This document shows, one piece after another, positions 47,763 to 58,053 of a stretch of 64,000 bases of DNA. How positions within the stretch are numbered: position 1 is the first letter of the stretch; every line of letters begins with the position of its first letter. The translations under genes were made by a program, and so were the position numbers. The notes under the pieces were generated by a model that searched no databases, was not told the DNA's origin, and worked only from the letters and a program-made list of their open reading frames with translations. This stretch comes from Spirochaetia bacterium (lineage in GTDB: Bacteria > Spirochaetota > Spirochaetia > SZUA-6 > Bin103), in assembly GCA_965203905.1 (NCBI GenBank), contig CBDBDQ010000005.1, forward strand, positions 1,408,001 through 1,472,000. Direction: 5' to 3'.

Positions 47763-47959
47763 ACCGCGCACTATACCGGTGCCGGCACAGCCGTGCCCAC
47801 CGCCGCGGGCACCCCTGCGCGCGGCGCGCGCGCCCTGATCCGCCCCGTGGCCACCACCGGCCGGCACACCGCGGCGCGCCGCGGGCTCTCTGATCTGGCC
47901 GCCGGCGCCGCCGGCCGGCGCTACCGGACGCAACCCATGTCAGGGGCCGCGAACGCGCC

Positions 47960-48796
47960 TTACGCCGGCTCCGCCGCGGCGCGGCCGCGCTGCCGCAGCC
48001 ACTCCACCGTGGCCATGAACAGCAGCGCGAACACGAACAGGAAGGTGGCCACCGCCAGGATTGCGGGGCTGATCTCCTCGCGGATGCCGGACCACATCTG
48101 GCGCGGGATGGTGCGCTGCTCCAGCCCGCCGATGAACAGCACCGTGACCACCTCGTCGAACGAGGTGGCGAACGCGAACAGCGCCCCCGAGACGACGCCC
48201 GGCGCGATCAGCGGCAGCTGGATGCGGCGGAAGGCGGTGAGCGGCCCGGCGCCGAGACTGGCGGCGGCGCGCATCAGGTTGGGATCGAATCCCGACAGGG
48301 TGGCGGTTACCGTGATCACCACGAACGGGGAGCCGAGCGCGGCGTGCGCCAGGATCAGGCCCAGGTGGGTCTGCGCCAGCCCCACCCGCGAGTAGAAGAA
48401 GAACATCCCCACCGCGGAGATGATCAGGGGAGTGACCAGGGGCGATATCAGCAGCCCGGTGAGCAGCGTGCGTCCCGGCATCGCCGGGTGCGCCAGTCCC
48501 AGTGCCGCCAGGGTGCCGAGCAGCGTGGTGAGCAGCGTGGCCGAAATGCCGATGAGAATGCTGTTGCCCAACGCGCGGTGCCACTCGGCGTCCTCCGCTA
48601 CCGTCCGGTACCAGCGCAGCGACCAGGCGTCGGGATCGAGCCGCAGCATCCCCTCGGTGAAGGTGAAGTAGGGCTCGGCGTTGAAGCTGAGCGGCACCAC
48701 CACCAGGATGGGCGCGATCAGGAACAGCAGCACCGCGCCGCAGAACGCCAGGAACACGATCCTGGCGGCGCGCTCCCCGGCCCCCCGCGGCGGCAT
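47960..48796 (-). CDS. polyamine-type ABC permease (PotC-like)
   Basis: PLSFN, AASLGA, FATSFDEV. Confidence 0.9.
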   Translation of the reverse strand: MPPRGAGERAARIVFLAFCGAVLLFLIAPILVVVPLSFNAEPYFTFTEGMLRLDPDAWSLRWYRTVAEDAEWHRALGNSILIGISATLLTTLLGTLAALGLAHPAMPGRTLLTGLLISPLVTPLIISAVGMFFFYSRVGLAQTHLGLILAHAALGSPFVVITVTATLSGFDPNLMRAAASLGAGPLTAFRRIQLPLIAPGVVSGALFAFATSFDEVVTVLFIGGLEQRTIPRQMWSGIREEISPAILAVATFLFVFALLFMATVEWLRQRGRAAAEPA

Positions 48797-48799
48797 CGG

Positions 48800-49984
48800 T
48801 CAGCCCAGCCGCAGCCGGCCGAGGCCGACCACGCGGTCGTACACGACGTAGAACATCAGCACGCACAGCAGCAGGATCGCGCCCAGCGCCGCGGCCAGGC
48901 CCCAGTTGAGGGACTCCTGCATGTGGTAGGCGATCAGGTTGGAGATGAGCTGCCCGGTGCGGCCGCCGACCAGCGCCGGCGTGATGTAGTAGCCGAGCGC
49001 CACGATGAACACCAGCAGCGCTCCGGCGCCCACGCCGGGCAGGGACAGCGGCCAGTACACGCGCCAGAACGCCTGCACCGGGCCGGCTCCCAGCGAGCCG
49101 GCGGCGCGCAGGTACAGCGGTCCGATGGTGCGCATCACCGAGTACAGCGACAGCACCATGAACGGCAGCAGCACGTGGGTCATGGCGATCAGGGTGCCGG
49201 TCATGTTGTAGACCATCGCCAGCCGCTGCCCGTCGCCGATGATCCCCAGGCCCACCAGCAGGTCGTTGATTACCCCCTGGGTCTGCAGCAGCACGATCCA
49301 CGCCGTGGTACGCACCAGGAGCGAGGTCCAGAACGGCAGCAGCACCCCGACCAGCAGGAGGGCGGCGCGGCGCGGCGGCGCATGCGCGATCAGGTAGGCC
49401 AGCGGGTAGCCCAGCAGCAGGCACAGCGCGGTGACGGCGAGGCTCACCAGCAGGGTGCGGCCGAAGAGCTGCAGGTAGATGCGGCGCTCCTCCGGCTGGC
49501 GCACGATGCTGCCGTCCGGCGCGCGGTCGCGGTCGACCGCGTTCAGGTAGTGGCGCAGGGTCCAGCGCTGACCGGCCCGCTGCAGCGCGCGCCAGGTGGA
49601 GGCCTCGCCCCAGGCCGCGTCGGCCGCCACCATGGTCGTGGCCCAGGAGTCGGTCTCCGCGCCGCGCAGCCGGCGCACGCTGCGGGTAAAGACGCTGCGC
49701 AACCCCGCCTGCACCCGGTTCACGCGCGTCGCCACCTGCCCCAGCGTGCGCTGCTCGCGCGCCGCCACCAGCTCGCGCGCGGCCGCGGCGAACACCTCCT
49801 CCGGAGGCGGCCCGCTGCCGTCCCAGTTGCGCAGCAGGGCCAGGGTCTCCGGCAGCGCGTCCGCGACCACGGGGTCGTGCACGCTGCGCACCAGCATGGA
49901 GCCCAGCGGCGCCAGGAAGGTCACCCCGATGAACGCCGCCAGCGGCGCCACCAGGACCAGCGCCCGCAGCCGGGCGCCGGTCAG
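48800..49984 (-). CDS. polyamine-type ABC permease (PotB-like) with periplasmic insertion
   Basis: LLPFWTSLLVRT, LPFMVL, GYYITPALVGG; start CTG 49984 or GTG 49996. Confidence 0.88.
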   Translation of the reverse strand: MTGARLRALVLVAPLAAFIGVTFLAPLGSMLVRSVHDPVVADALPETLALLRNWDGSGPPPEEVFAAAARELVAAREQRTLGQVATRVNRVQAGLRSVFTRSVRRLRGAETDSWATTMVAADAAWGEASTWRALQRAGQRWTLRHYLNAVDRDRAPDGSIVRQPEERRIYLQLFGRTLLVSLAVTALCLLLGYPLAYLIAHAPPRRAALLLVGVLLPFWTSLLVRTTAWIVLLQTQGVINDLLVGLGIIGDGQRLAMVYNMTGTLIAMTHVLLPFMVLSLYSVMRTIGPLYLRAAGSLGAGPVQAFWRVYWPLSLPGVGAGALLVFIVALGYYITPALVGGRTGQLISNLIAYHMQESLNWGLAAALGAILLLCVLMFYVVYDRVVGLGRLRLG

Positions 49985-51051
49985 CGGGCCAGCCACGCTC
50001 CGAAACGGTCGTTGATCTCCTCGCCGTAGTCGGCCCACCACTCCCAGTCGTTGAACACCGACCGCTCCAGGCGCTCGGGGGTGGCCGGCATGTGCGGCTC
50101 CATCGCAATCCCCGTCTCGTGGGTCGTCACCAGGTCGAACGCCGAGTGGCGCACCGGGCTGTAGGAGATGTAGCGGCTCATCGCCGCCATCGACTCCGGC
50201 CGGGCCACATACGCCAGGAACTCCAGCGCAAACTGCAGGTTGGGCGCCCCCGCCGGGATGGCGAGCTGTGAGTGATCCAGCACCTGGCCGTCCCAGACGA
50301 TCTCGAACGGCTGGTTCTCCACCACCTGGGCGTTGAAGATGCGGCCGTTGTAGGCGGTGGTCATCACCACCTCGCCGTCGGCCAGGAGCTGCGGCGGCTG
50401 CGCGCCGGCCTCCCACCACACCACCTGGTCCTTGATCGACTCCAGCTTGCGGAACGCCCGATCCACACCCGTGGGCGTGCTCAGGACGTCGTATACCTGT
50501 TCCACCGGCACACCGTCGGCGACCAGCGCGAATTCCAGGTTGGCGTACGGCGAGCGGCGCATGCCGCGGCGCCCGGGGAACTTGCCCAGGTCGAAAAAGT
50601 CGGCCATGGTCGACGGCCTGGCGCCGGAAAACAGGTCGCTGCGGTAGGCGTAGATGGTGGAGTACACGATCAGCCCGAGGCCGCACTCCGACAGGGTTCC
50701 GGCCAGAAAGTCCTGCTCTGCCGCCGCCGCGTCGGGGAAGATCTGCTCCAGCGGCAGGACCTCCAGCAGACCTTCGTCGCAGCCGCGCACGGCGTCCGGC
50801 GCCTCCAGGTCGACCACGTCCCAGTGGACGTTGCCGGTTTCCACCTGGGCGCGGATCTCGGCCAGGCCGCCGTTGAAGTCCTCCATGAACACGGCGAAGT
50901 GCACGGTCTTCCCGAACGGATCGAGCAGCGCCTGCTGCTGGGCGCGGCCGTACGCGCCTCCCCACGACACCATGGTCATCTTCCCGTCCGCGCTCGCGGC
51001 ACCCGCCGCCAGCACCCCGATCAGGGCCAGCAGCGCCAGCCGTCTGGTCAT
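49981..51051 (-). CDS. polyamine-type ABC substrate-binding protein (PotD/PotF-like)
   Basis: VSWGGAY, AQVETGNVHWDVVD, YNGRI. Confidence 0.9.
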   Translation of the reverse strand: MTRRLALLALIGVLAAGAASADGKMTMVSWGGAYGRAQQQALLDPFGKTVHFAVFMEDFNGGLAEIRAQVETGNVHWDVVDLEAPDAVRGCDEGLLEVLPLEQIFPDAAAAEQDFLAGTLSECGLGLIVYSTIYAYRSDLFSGARPSTMADFFDLGKFPGRRGMRRSPYANLEFALVADGVPVEQVYDVLSTPTGVDRAFRKLESIKDQVVWWEAGAQPPQLLADGEVVMTTAYNGRIFNAQVVENQPFEIVWDGQVLDHSQLAIPAGAPNLQFALEFLAYVARPESMAAMSRYISYSPVRHSAFDLVTTHETGIAMEPHMPATPERLERSVFNDWEWWADYGEEINDRFGAWLAR

Positions 51052-52217
51052 ATCTTCACTCCTTGCTCCTGCTCCTCCAGGTCCAATGCACGGCAATCGG
51101 CAGCCGCCCATCCGATCTCGATCTCGTCACCCTCAAGCAGCGCGCCGTGGCCCACGATGTTGGGAATCCGCAACTGGTAGTCGGTGCGCCCGTCCACCAT
51201 GGCATGGATCACCAGGTGATCGCCCAGGAAGGTGATCAGCTCCACGCGCGCGGGGAACTGGTTGCGGTAGGCGCCGGCGCGCGCCGCCACCCCGATCCGC
51301 TCCGGACGGATGGCCACCGTCACCTCGTCGCCGGGCGCGCACGCCGCCACCCGGTACGCCACCACCGTGCGCCCCGCGACGTCCACCCGGCAGTAGTCGC
51401 CGTCGACTGCCGCCACCCGCCCGCGCTGCAGGTTGTTGCCGCCGATGAAGCGGGCCACGAACGGCCGCTCCGGCTCCTCGTAGAGGATCTCCGGCGGCGC
51501 CACCTGCTCGATGCGGCCACGGTGGAACACGGCGATGCGGTCCGACATCACCATCGCCTCCTGCTGGTCGTGGGTGACGTAGACGACGGTGACGCCGAGG
51601 CGGCGGTGGATGCGCCGGATCTCGTACTGCATCTCCTCACGCAGGCTGCGGTCGAGGGCTCCCAGCGGCTCGTCCATCAGCACCAGGCGAGGCTCGAACA
51701 CCAGCGCGCGGGCGATCGCCACGCGCTGCTGCTGGCCGCCCGACAGCTCGTCGGGGCGGCGCCGCTCGAACCCCTCCAGCCGTACCAGCTGCAGCGCCCG
51801 GCGCACCCGCTCGCGGCGCTGCTCGGGGGCGAGCCGGCGCACCTCCAGCGGGAAGGAGAGGTTCTTCTCCACCGTCAGGTGAGGGAACAGCGCGTAGTTC
51901 TGGAACACCACGCCGATGTTGCGCTGCCGCGGCGGCAGATCGTGCACCGAGCGGCCGCCGATGCGGATGGTGCCGGAGGTGGGCATCTCGAACCCGGCCA
52001 GCATCATCAGGCAGGTGGTCTTGCCGGAGCCGGACGGACCCAGCAGGGTCAGGAACTCCCCCTCGCGCACGCTCAGGTCGAGGTCCCGCACCACCAGCGT
52101 GCGCCCGTCGTAGCTCTTCTCGATCCCCTCGAACTCGACGTACGGGGCCGCGCCGCTGGCTGCGTCCGCCGCCTGCGGTCGTGCGGCTGCTAAGCTGCCG
52201 GTGGCAGTCGCCATCAC
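51048..52217 (-). CDS. polyamine-type ABC ATP-binding protein (PotA-like)
   Basis: GPSGSGKT, LSGGQQQR, MDEP, TOBE tail. Confidence 0.92.
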   Translation of the reverse strand: MMATATGSLAAARPQAADAASGAAPYVEFEGIEKSYDGRTLVVRDLDLSVREGEFLTLLGPSGSGKTTCLMMLAGFEMPTSGTIRIGGRSVHDLPPRQRNIGVVFQNYALFPHLTVEKNLSFPLEVRRLAPEQRRERVRRALQLVRLEGFERRRPDELSGGQQQRVAIARALVFEPRLVLMDEPLGALDRSLREEMQYEIRRIHRRLGVTVVYVTHDQQEAMVMSDRIAVFHRGRIEQVAPPEILYEEPERPFVARFIGGNNLQRGRVAAVDGDYCRVDVAGRTVVAYRVAACAPGDEVTVAIRPERIGVAARAGAYRNQFPARVELITFLGDHLVIHAMVDGRTDYQLRIPNIVGHGALLEGDEIEIGWAAADCRALDLEEQEQGVKI

Positions 52218-52223
52218 TTTCCT

Positions 52224-52252
52224 AGCGTGGTGTTCAAAACGCTGCGTGTCAA
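52224..52252 (-). promoter_or_regulatory. sigma70 promoter of the ABC operon
   Basis: TTGACA-17-CACGCT-6-GTG. Confidence 0.6.
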
Positions 52253-52301
52253 ACCTCCCGCTGCGGGCGTCCGGTCCCGGCCCGCGGGCCGCCGACTTCC
52301 C

Positions 52302-53024
52302 TCAATCGCGGTAGGAGGGGTCTTCCCGGTCCAGGATCGCCTGCAGCTCGCGGAAGTGGTCGTCGCTCAGGTCGGGGTAGTCGCGCCACTGGCGTTCGGT
52401 CCTGGCCGCCACCGCGTCGGACACGAGCCGCAACTCCCGGCCGGTCTGCAGAGCCGTGATGTAGGTGGCGCAGGCGCGCTCGAAGTAGTAGAGATCGTCG
52501 AACGCGCGCGCCACGGTCTCGCCGATCACCATCACCCCGTGGTGGCGCAGCAACAGGATCGGGGTGGCGCCGACGCGGCTGGCGACGCGCTCCGCCTCGT
52601 CGTCCAGGCCCATGCCTTCGAACCCTTCGTCGACGGTCACCCGCCCCCAGAAGCGCATGGCGTTCTGGTCGATGGGCGGCAGCGTCGGGTCGGCGAGACA
52701 GGCGAGCACGGTGGCGTACCGCGAGTGCACGTGCAGCAGGCAGCGGGCGTGGCGCACCCGGCGGTGGATGGCGCCGTGCAGCGCCCAGGCGGTCGGGTCC
52801 GGGGCATCCGGGTGCTGCATGGCGCGCTCGTCGCAGGCATCGAGCAGCAGCAGCTCGCTGGCCCTGACGCGCGCGAAGTGGCGGCCGCGCGGGTTCATCA
52901 GGAAGCGGGTACCGGCGTCGTCGACCGCAAGACTGAAGTGGTTGGCGACCGACTCGTGCAGATCGAGGCGCGCGGCCCAGCGGAACGCGCAGGCGAGTGC
53001 GATGCGTTCGGCTGCGAAGTCCAT
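52302..53024 (-). CDS. class II aldolase/adducin family protein
   Basis: ANHFS, LHGAIH, LHVHS, LRHHG. Confidence 0.9.
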   Translation of the reverse strand: MDFAAERIALACAFRWAARLDLHESVANHFSLAVDDAGTRFLMNPRGRHFARVRASELLLLDACDERAMQHPDAPDPTAWALHGAIHRRVRHARCLLHVHSRYATVLACLADPTLPPIDQNAMRFWGRVTVDEGFEGMGLDDEAERVASRVGATPILLLRHHGVMVIGETVARAFDDLYYFERACATYITALQTGRELRLVSDAVAARTERQWRDYPDLSDDHFRELQAILDREDPSYRD

Positions 53025-53025
53025 G

Positions 53026-53982
53026 CTACTCCTCCTCCGGCGCCAGCCATGGGGCCGTCAGACCGAGCCGTGCCAGCTTCTGCTCCGCCTCGGCGCGCTC
53101 GCGGTTGCGGCGTAACGCAGCGCCGGCGGACGCGTCCGCGCGCTGCCGCAGCCAGCCAGCCCGCTCGGCCAGGTGCAGCGCCTCCTGCCGCCGGTCCGCG
53201 TTCAGGCAGGCCACGATCTCGCGCTCGACGCGGGTCAGCAGCAACGCCCCGGCGCGGTAGTCGAGGTACGCCTCCCAGGCGGCCGGCACCCAGCGGCTCA
53301 CCACCTGCTCCCCGATCAGCGTCGCGTAGGCGCGTATCTCCTCCTGCGCGTGATGGTCGGCGCGCAGGCTCAGGAAGTGCAGCAGGTTGTGCAGGTCGAT
53401 CTTCCAGTAGGCCTCGGTGTAGGTGGACAGCGGCAGGTCCTTGCGCGCCTGCTCGCGTGCCACTCCCGCGTCCAGGCGCTCCTGGTACAGCTCCCGCGCC
53501 CGCTGCTGGTGCTCCCGCTCGCGCGCCGAGAGGCGGGCCCCGACCTCGGCATCGAGCAGCCCGGCCGAGCCCTGGCGGTTGGCCGCGGACTGCAGCCGCC
53601 ACTGCCCCGGATCGGTGCGGCTGGCGGCGTCGATGGCCAGCGAGTAGCGGGTGGAGTACTCGTTCACATTGGCGGTGCGGTGGCGGATCCACTGCCGCCA
53701 GCAGTCCATCGGCACACGCACGTGCAGCTTGATCTCGCACATCTCGAACGGGGTGGTGTGGCGGTGCCGCAGCAGGTAGCGGATCAGGGTGCGGTCCTCG
53801 CTCACGCGCCGGGTGCCGGCGCCGTAGGAGACCCGCGCCGCCTGCACGATGGCGGCGTCCGAGCCCATGTAGTCCACCACCCGCACGTAGCCGTCGTCCA
53901 GCACCGGCAGGGGCCGGCCCAGGATCGCGTCCAGCCGCGGCGCGCTGGGGCGCTCGCCGGCGCCGGCGGCCGCGCTACTCAC
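53026..53982 (-). CDS. thyX: FAD-dependent thymidylate synthase
   Basis: AARVSY, HTTPFE, RQWIRHRTANVNEYSTRY, HAQEEIR. Confidence 0.95.
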   Translation of the reverse strand: MSSAAAGAGERPSAPRLDAILGRPLPVLDDGYVRVVDYMGSDAAIVQAARVSYGAGTRRVSEDRTLIRYLLRHRHTTPFEMCEIKLHVRVPMDCWRQWIRHRTANVNEYSTRYSLAIDAASRTDPGQWRLQSAANRQGSAGLLDAEVGARLSAREREHQQRARELYQERLDAGVAREQARKDLPLSTYTEAYWKIDLHNLLHFLSLRADHHAQEEIRAYATLIGEQVVSRWVPAAWEAYLDYRAGALLLTRVEREIVACLNADRRQEALHLAERAGWLRQRADASAGAALRRNRERAEAEQKLARLGLTAPWLAPEEE

Positions 53983-53998
53983 CGGTCGTCGCCGCGTC

Positions 53999-55777
53999 TC
54001 ATTCGGCGGCCGCGAACAGCTCCTCGCCGTGCTGCAGGCGGCGCGCGATCATCGCGGTCTGGTAGCCGGCGCGACGCGTCGGGCAGTGGGCGGCGAGGCT
54101 GCGCACCACGCCCACCATGATCTGTTCCGCGCCGCCGTCGTTGCCGCGCGCGGCGAGCTGCGTGGCCGCCGCCTCCAACACCTGCAAGGTGTGGAAGTCG
54201 AGATCCTCGCGCAGCGTGGCAAAGGCCAGGGTGTCCACCAGGCGTGCGAAGTGGGCCGGCCAGTCGCCGGCCGGTGCGCGCAGGTAGCCGCTGACCAGCT
54301 CGGCGGCGCGCTCCACCTCGCCGCGGTTGTCGAGCCGGCGCAACAGCTCGTCGAGCAGCGCACCGGGGCCGTGCTCCGCGCCGACCGGTGCCACCGCGCC
54401 CCGTTCCGCGGGCAGCTTGGCCGGCGGCACGTTCAGGTAGCGGTCCAGGTAGACCGCGATGCCGGCCTGCAGCAGCGCCCGCACCACGTCGGGCGCCTCG
54501 CTGCGCAGCAGGGCCTGCTGCACGGCGTTGCAGAAGATGAAGGTGTGCTGCGGGTTGAACCAGTCGCTGACCTCGTTGGAGGTGGCGAAACGCGCCAGCC
54601 GCAGGCCGGCGGCGCGGGTGACGGCGGCTCCCACGGCGGCCGGCGCCGCTCCGTCGAGGAGGGCCTGTTCCAGCGCCGCGATCACCTGCAGCGGATCGTC
54701 GCCCAGCACCTGCGCCACCAGGGCATCCTCGGCAGCCGCCGGGAGCGGCGCCGGGTCACGGCCGCCGGGCGCCAGTCTGGCCAGGCGGCCCTCGGCGGCG
54801 CGTACCGCGGCGGCGATCTCCACCGGGTGGTGCCACGGCGTGCCCTCCTCCCCGCCGCGGGCCGCGGCCAGGCTCGGCGCCAGCAGCGCCAGCAGGTCCG
54901 GCGGACCGGCGCCGTTCAGCAGATCGCTCAGCTCCAGCGCCTTGTTGCAGGCGTCGAACAGGTGGCCGGTATTGGCGTACAGGCGCTCGGCGGCGGCGCC
55001 GTACAGCAGGTCGGCGAGCTGCTCCGGCGGCAGGCGGTTGGCGACGCCGGTGAGCAGGGTGCGCTCCACCCCGTCGCGGTGGCGGGTGAGCACCCATTGC
55101 CGCAGCCAGCCCTTCAACGCGGCGTGCGGCGCCGGCGTGGCCAGGGGATCGCGCGGCCGCCGCGCCGGGGCCGCGTTGGCCTCGGCGGCGAGCTGGCGCA
55201 CCGCGTAGCTCAGCCCCAGGTAGAGGGTGTCGCGGCTCAGGTAGGGGGCCAGGCGCGCGACGCAGGTGAGGCGCACCATGCCCTCGCCGAAGCTGGAGAC
55301 GTTGGCCGCCGCGTAGTCCACCACGGCGGCCAGGATCGGGCCGACCTCCTCGCCGGCGCTGAGCAGGCTGATCAGGCTCTTGGCCTGCACCAGGCCCACG
55401 TCCAGCTCCATGCCGCGCCGCAGGCGCAGCCGGTGGTAGGCGGCGTCACGCGCCTGCTGCGGCCGCGTCGCCACCCACACACTGTCGCCGCGCACCTCGG
55501 TGGCGTAGGTGACGGCGTCGTCGGCCCACAGGTCGAAGGTGCAGCCGCTGCCGAGCTCGAAGCGCGCCTCGTGCCAGTGACAGGTCAGGATGCCGTCCTT
55601 GACGCTGCCCCGGTCGAGGGGAAAGCCCATGTGCGGGCAGCGGTTGTCCACCGCGTGGGTCTCCTCGCCGTCGGCAAATACCGCCACCGCCCGCTCGCCG
55701 GCCCGGGTCACCATCACCCCGCGCTCTCGCACCTCGGCCAGCGCGGCCACGCGAACCATGCCGTTGCCATTGTCCAT
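53999..55777 (-). CDS. Rieske [2Fe-2S] domain protein with a long helical C-terminal region
   Basis: NRCPHMGFPL, TCHWHEARF; C-terminal HTFIF and REDLDFHTLQ. Confidence 0.85.
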   Translation of the reverse strand: MDNGNGMVRVAALAEVRERGVMVTRAGERAVAVFADGEETHAVDNRCPHMGFPLDRGSVKDGILTCHWHEARFELGSGCTFDLWADDAVTYATEVRGDSVWVATRPQQARDAAYHRLRLRRGMELDVGLVQAKSLISLLSAGEEVGPILAAVVDYAAANVSSFGEGMVRLTCVARLAPYLSRDTLYLGLSYAVRQLAAEANAAPARRPRDPLATPAPHAALKGWLRQWVLTRHRDGVERTLLTGVANRLPPEQLADLLYGAAAERLYANTGHLFDACNKALELSDLLNGAGPPDLLALLAPSLAAARGGEEGTPWHHPVEIAAAVRAAEGRLARLAPGGRDPAPLPAAAEDALVAQVLGDDPLQVIAALEQALLDGAAPAAVGAAVTRAAGLRLARFATSNEVSDWFNPQHTFIFCNAVQQALLRSEAPDVVRALLQAGIAVYLDRYLNVPPAKLPAERGAVAPVGAEHGPGALLDELLRRLDNRGEVERAAELVSGYLRAPAGDWPAHFARLVDTLAFATLREDLDFHTLQVLEAAATQLAARGNDGGAEQIMVGVVRSLAAHCPTRRAGYQTAMIARRLQHGEELFAAAE

Positions 55778-55794
55778 CGCCACCCCTCCGTCTG

Positions 55795-56958
55795 TCAGTG
55801 ATGGAACAGACGCAGTCCCGTCAGCGCCATCACCAGTCCATGCTCGTCGCAGGCGCGCACCACGTCGGCGTCGCGCAGCGACCCGCCCGGCTGCACCACG
55901 TAGCGTACGCCGACACGGCGCGCCACGTCGATGCTGTCGCGATGCGGAAAAAAGCCGTCCGAGGCCAGCACCGCGCCTTCCATGCCGGCCAGCCACTCGC
56001 GCCGCGCGGCCGCGCTCAGCGGCTCCGGCATGCGCTCCACCTGGGCCCGCAGCCAGGCGTCGTCGGTAGCCTGCACCCCGCCCACGAACTGGGTGGTCCA
56101 GGTGTCGCGGTCGTGGCGCCGCACCCCTGGGCGAAAGCGCACCTCCTGCAGCGCCGGATGGAAGCGCAGGTACCAGGCGCACGCCTTCTCCACCGCGAGC
56201 TGGGTGCAATGGATGCGCGACTGCTGGCCGGCGCCGATGCCGATGGTCTGCCCGCGGTACACGATGCACACGGAGTTGGACTGGGTGTACTTGAGGGTGA
56301 TCAGCGCCAGCAGGATGTCCGGCACCACGTGCTCCGGGAGTTCGCGCGCGGCCGTGGGTACGTCGGCCAGCAGCTCACGGCCGATCGGCGCGGCGTTGCG
56401 CTGCTGCTCCAGGGTGACGCCGAACACCTCGCGCCGCTCGCATTCCGGCGGCCGGTAGCGCGGATCGATCTCCAGCACCCGGTAGGACCCGCCCTTCTTG
56501 GCTCGTAGCAGGTCCAGCGCCGCGACGGCGTATCCGGGGGCGACGATGCCGTCGGAAGTCTCGCGCCGCAGCAGCTCCGCCGCAGCCTGGTCCACCTCGT
56601 CGCTGAGTGCCGCCCAGTCGCCGTACGAGCTCATGCGGTCGGCGCCGCGAGCGCGCGCGTAGGCTGCTGCGACGGGGGACAGCTCGCCACGCCCGGCCGC
56701 GAACACGCGCCGCTCCGCCGCGTTCAACGGCTGTCCCAGGGCCGCGCCCGCCGGGCTCACGTGCTTGAACGAGGCCGCCGCCGGCAGCCCGGTGGCGGCC
56801 CGCGCCTCGCGTACCAGTTGCCACGAGTTGAGGGCGTCGAGGAAGTTGACGTAGCCCAGGCTCCCGCCGAGCACCCGGAACGGCAACGGCCCGTCGCGCA
56901 GCACGCGCGCCGGCGCCTGGTGCGGGTTGGTGCCGTAGCGCAGGGCCAGCTCAGCCAC
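55795..56958 (-). CDS. AICAR transformylase (PurH C-terminal domain only)
   Basis: LRYGTNPHQ, SFKHVSPAG, KYTQSNS, GQQSRIHC, ASDGFFP, LRLFHH; no IMP cyclohydrolase domain. Confidence 0.9.
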   Translation of the reverse strand: MAELALRYGTNPHQAPARVLRDGPLPFRVLGGSLGYVNFLDALNSWQLVREARAATGLPAAASFKHVSPAGAALGQPLNAAERRVFAAGRGELSPVAAAYARARGADRMSSYGDWAALSDEVDQAAAELLRRETSDGIVAPGYAVAALDLLRAKKGGSYRVLEIDPRYRPPECERREVFGVTLEQQRNAAPIGRELLADVPTAARELPEHVVPDILLALITLKYTQSNSVCIVYRGQTIGIGAGQQSRIHCTQLAVEKACAWYLRFHPALQEVRFRPGVRRHDRDTWTTQFVGGVQATDDAWLRAQVERMPEPLSAAARREWLAGMEGAVLASDGFFPHRDSIDVARRVGVRYVVQPGGSLRDADVVRACDEHGLVMALTGLRLFHH

Positions 56959-58048
56959 CGGCCGCCGCCTCGGCGCGCCGCAGTTCCTCCACCTGGTAGC
57001 GGAAGGCCGCCGACTGCACCACCGGAACGCGCCGCAGCTCAGCCAGGGAAGCGGCCCCGCACAGCGTCATGGCGGTCCTCAGCTCATGCTCGATGCGCTC
57101 GATCAAGGCCGCCGCGCCGGCACTGCCGTCCGCCATCACGGCGCGGATGAAGGGCAGCGCCATCGCGCCGCAGGCGGCGCCCATGGCCACCGCCTTGGCC
57201 AGGTGCACGCCGTGGCGCAGGCCGCCGGAGGCGATCACGTTGCCCGCCACGTCGCCCAGCAGCGCCAGCAGCAACCCGGTGGGCAGGCCCCAGTCCGCGA
57301 ACCTGTCGGCGCTCTCCGGAAGCTCGCCCGGCAGCCGCCGCCCCTCCACCTGCACCCAGTTGGTGCCCCCGGCGCCGGCCAGGTCCACGTAGCGCACGCC
57401 GCAGCCGAGCAGGGCCCGCACCAGCCCCGGACGAATGCCGAACCCGGTCTCCTTGACCAGCACCGGCAGGCCGCACTCGCCGACGGCGCGCTCGATGGCA
57501 TCGAACAGACCGCGAAAGTCACGGTCGCCGCACGGCTGGAACAGCTCCTGCCCGGCGTTGAGATGCACCACCAGGCCCTGCACCTCCAGCCGCTGCAGGA
57601 CCGCGCGCAACGCGCCGCCGTCGAGATCGCGGAGCTGCACCGCGCCCAGGTTGGCCAGCACCGGAACGTCGGGCGCCAGCGGCTTGACGTGAAAGTCGGC
57701 GAAGGTCGCGGGATCCTGCAGCAGCGGCCGGATCGACCCCACCCCGACCGCGATGCCCGCCTGTTGCGCCGCCGCCGCCAGCGCGCGGTTGGCGGAGCGG
57801 CCGCGGCCGGAGCCCCCGGTCATGCAGGAGATCATCAGCGGCAGCCGCAGCGTGGCACGGAGGAACGGCTGTGCCGTGTCGACGGCGGCGCTGTCCAGCT
57901 CGGGGAGCGCCTGATGCAGCAACTGCACCTGGTCCAGGCTGGAGCCGCGGAGTGCGGGATCGGGGTAGCGCTCGTCGTCGAGGCAGATGTCGAGATGGTG
58001 CTCCTTGCGGCGCCCGATCTCGGCGTCCGCGCCGGCTCGCGTCGGCAT
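56951..58048 (-). CDS. fni: type 2 isopentenyl-diphosphate delta-isomerase
   Basis: RKEHHL, MTGG, NLGAVQ, HLNAGQE, KETGFG, GGTNW, SGGLR. Confidence 0.93.
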   Translation of the reverse strand: MPTRAGADAEIGRRKEHHLDICLDDERYPDPALRGSSLDQVQLLHQALPELDSAAVDTAQPFLRATLRLPLMISCMTGGSGRGRSANRALAAAAQQAGIAVGVGSIRPLLQDPATFADFHVKPLAPDVPVLANLGAVQLRDLDGGALRAVLQRLEVQGLVVHLNAGQELFQPCGDRDFRGLFDAIERAVGECGLPVLVKETGFGIRPGLVRALLGCGVRYVDLAGAGGTNWVQVEGRRLPGELPESADRFADWGLPTGLLLALLGDVAGNVIASGGLRHGVHLAKAVAMGAACGAMALPFIRAVMADGSAGAAALIERIEHELRTAMTLCGAASLAELRRVPVVQSAAFRYQVEELRRAEAAAGG

Positions 58049-58053
58049 ACCGC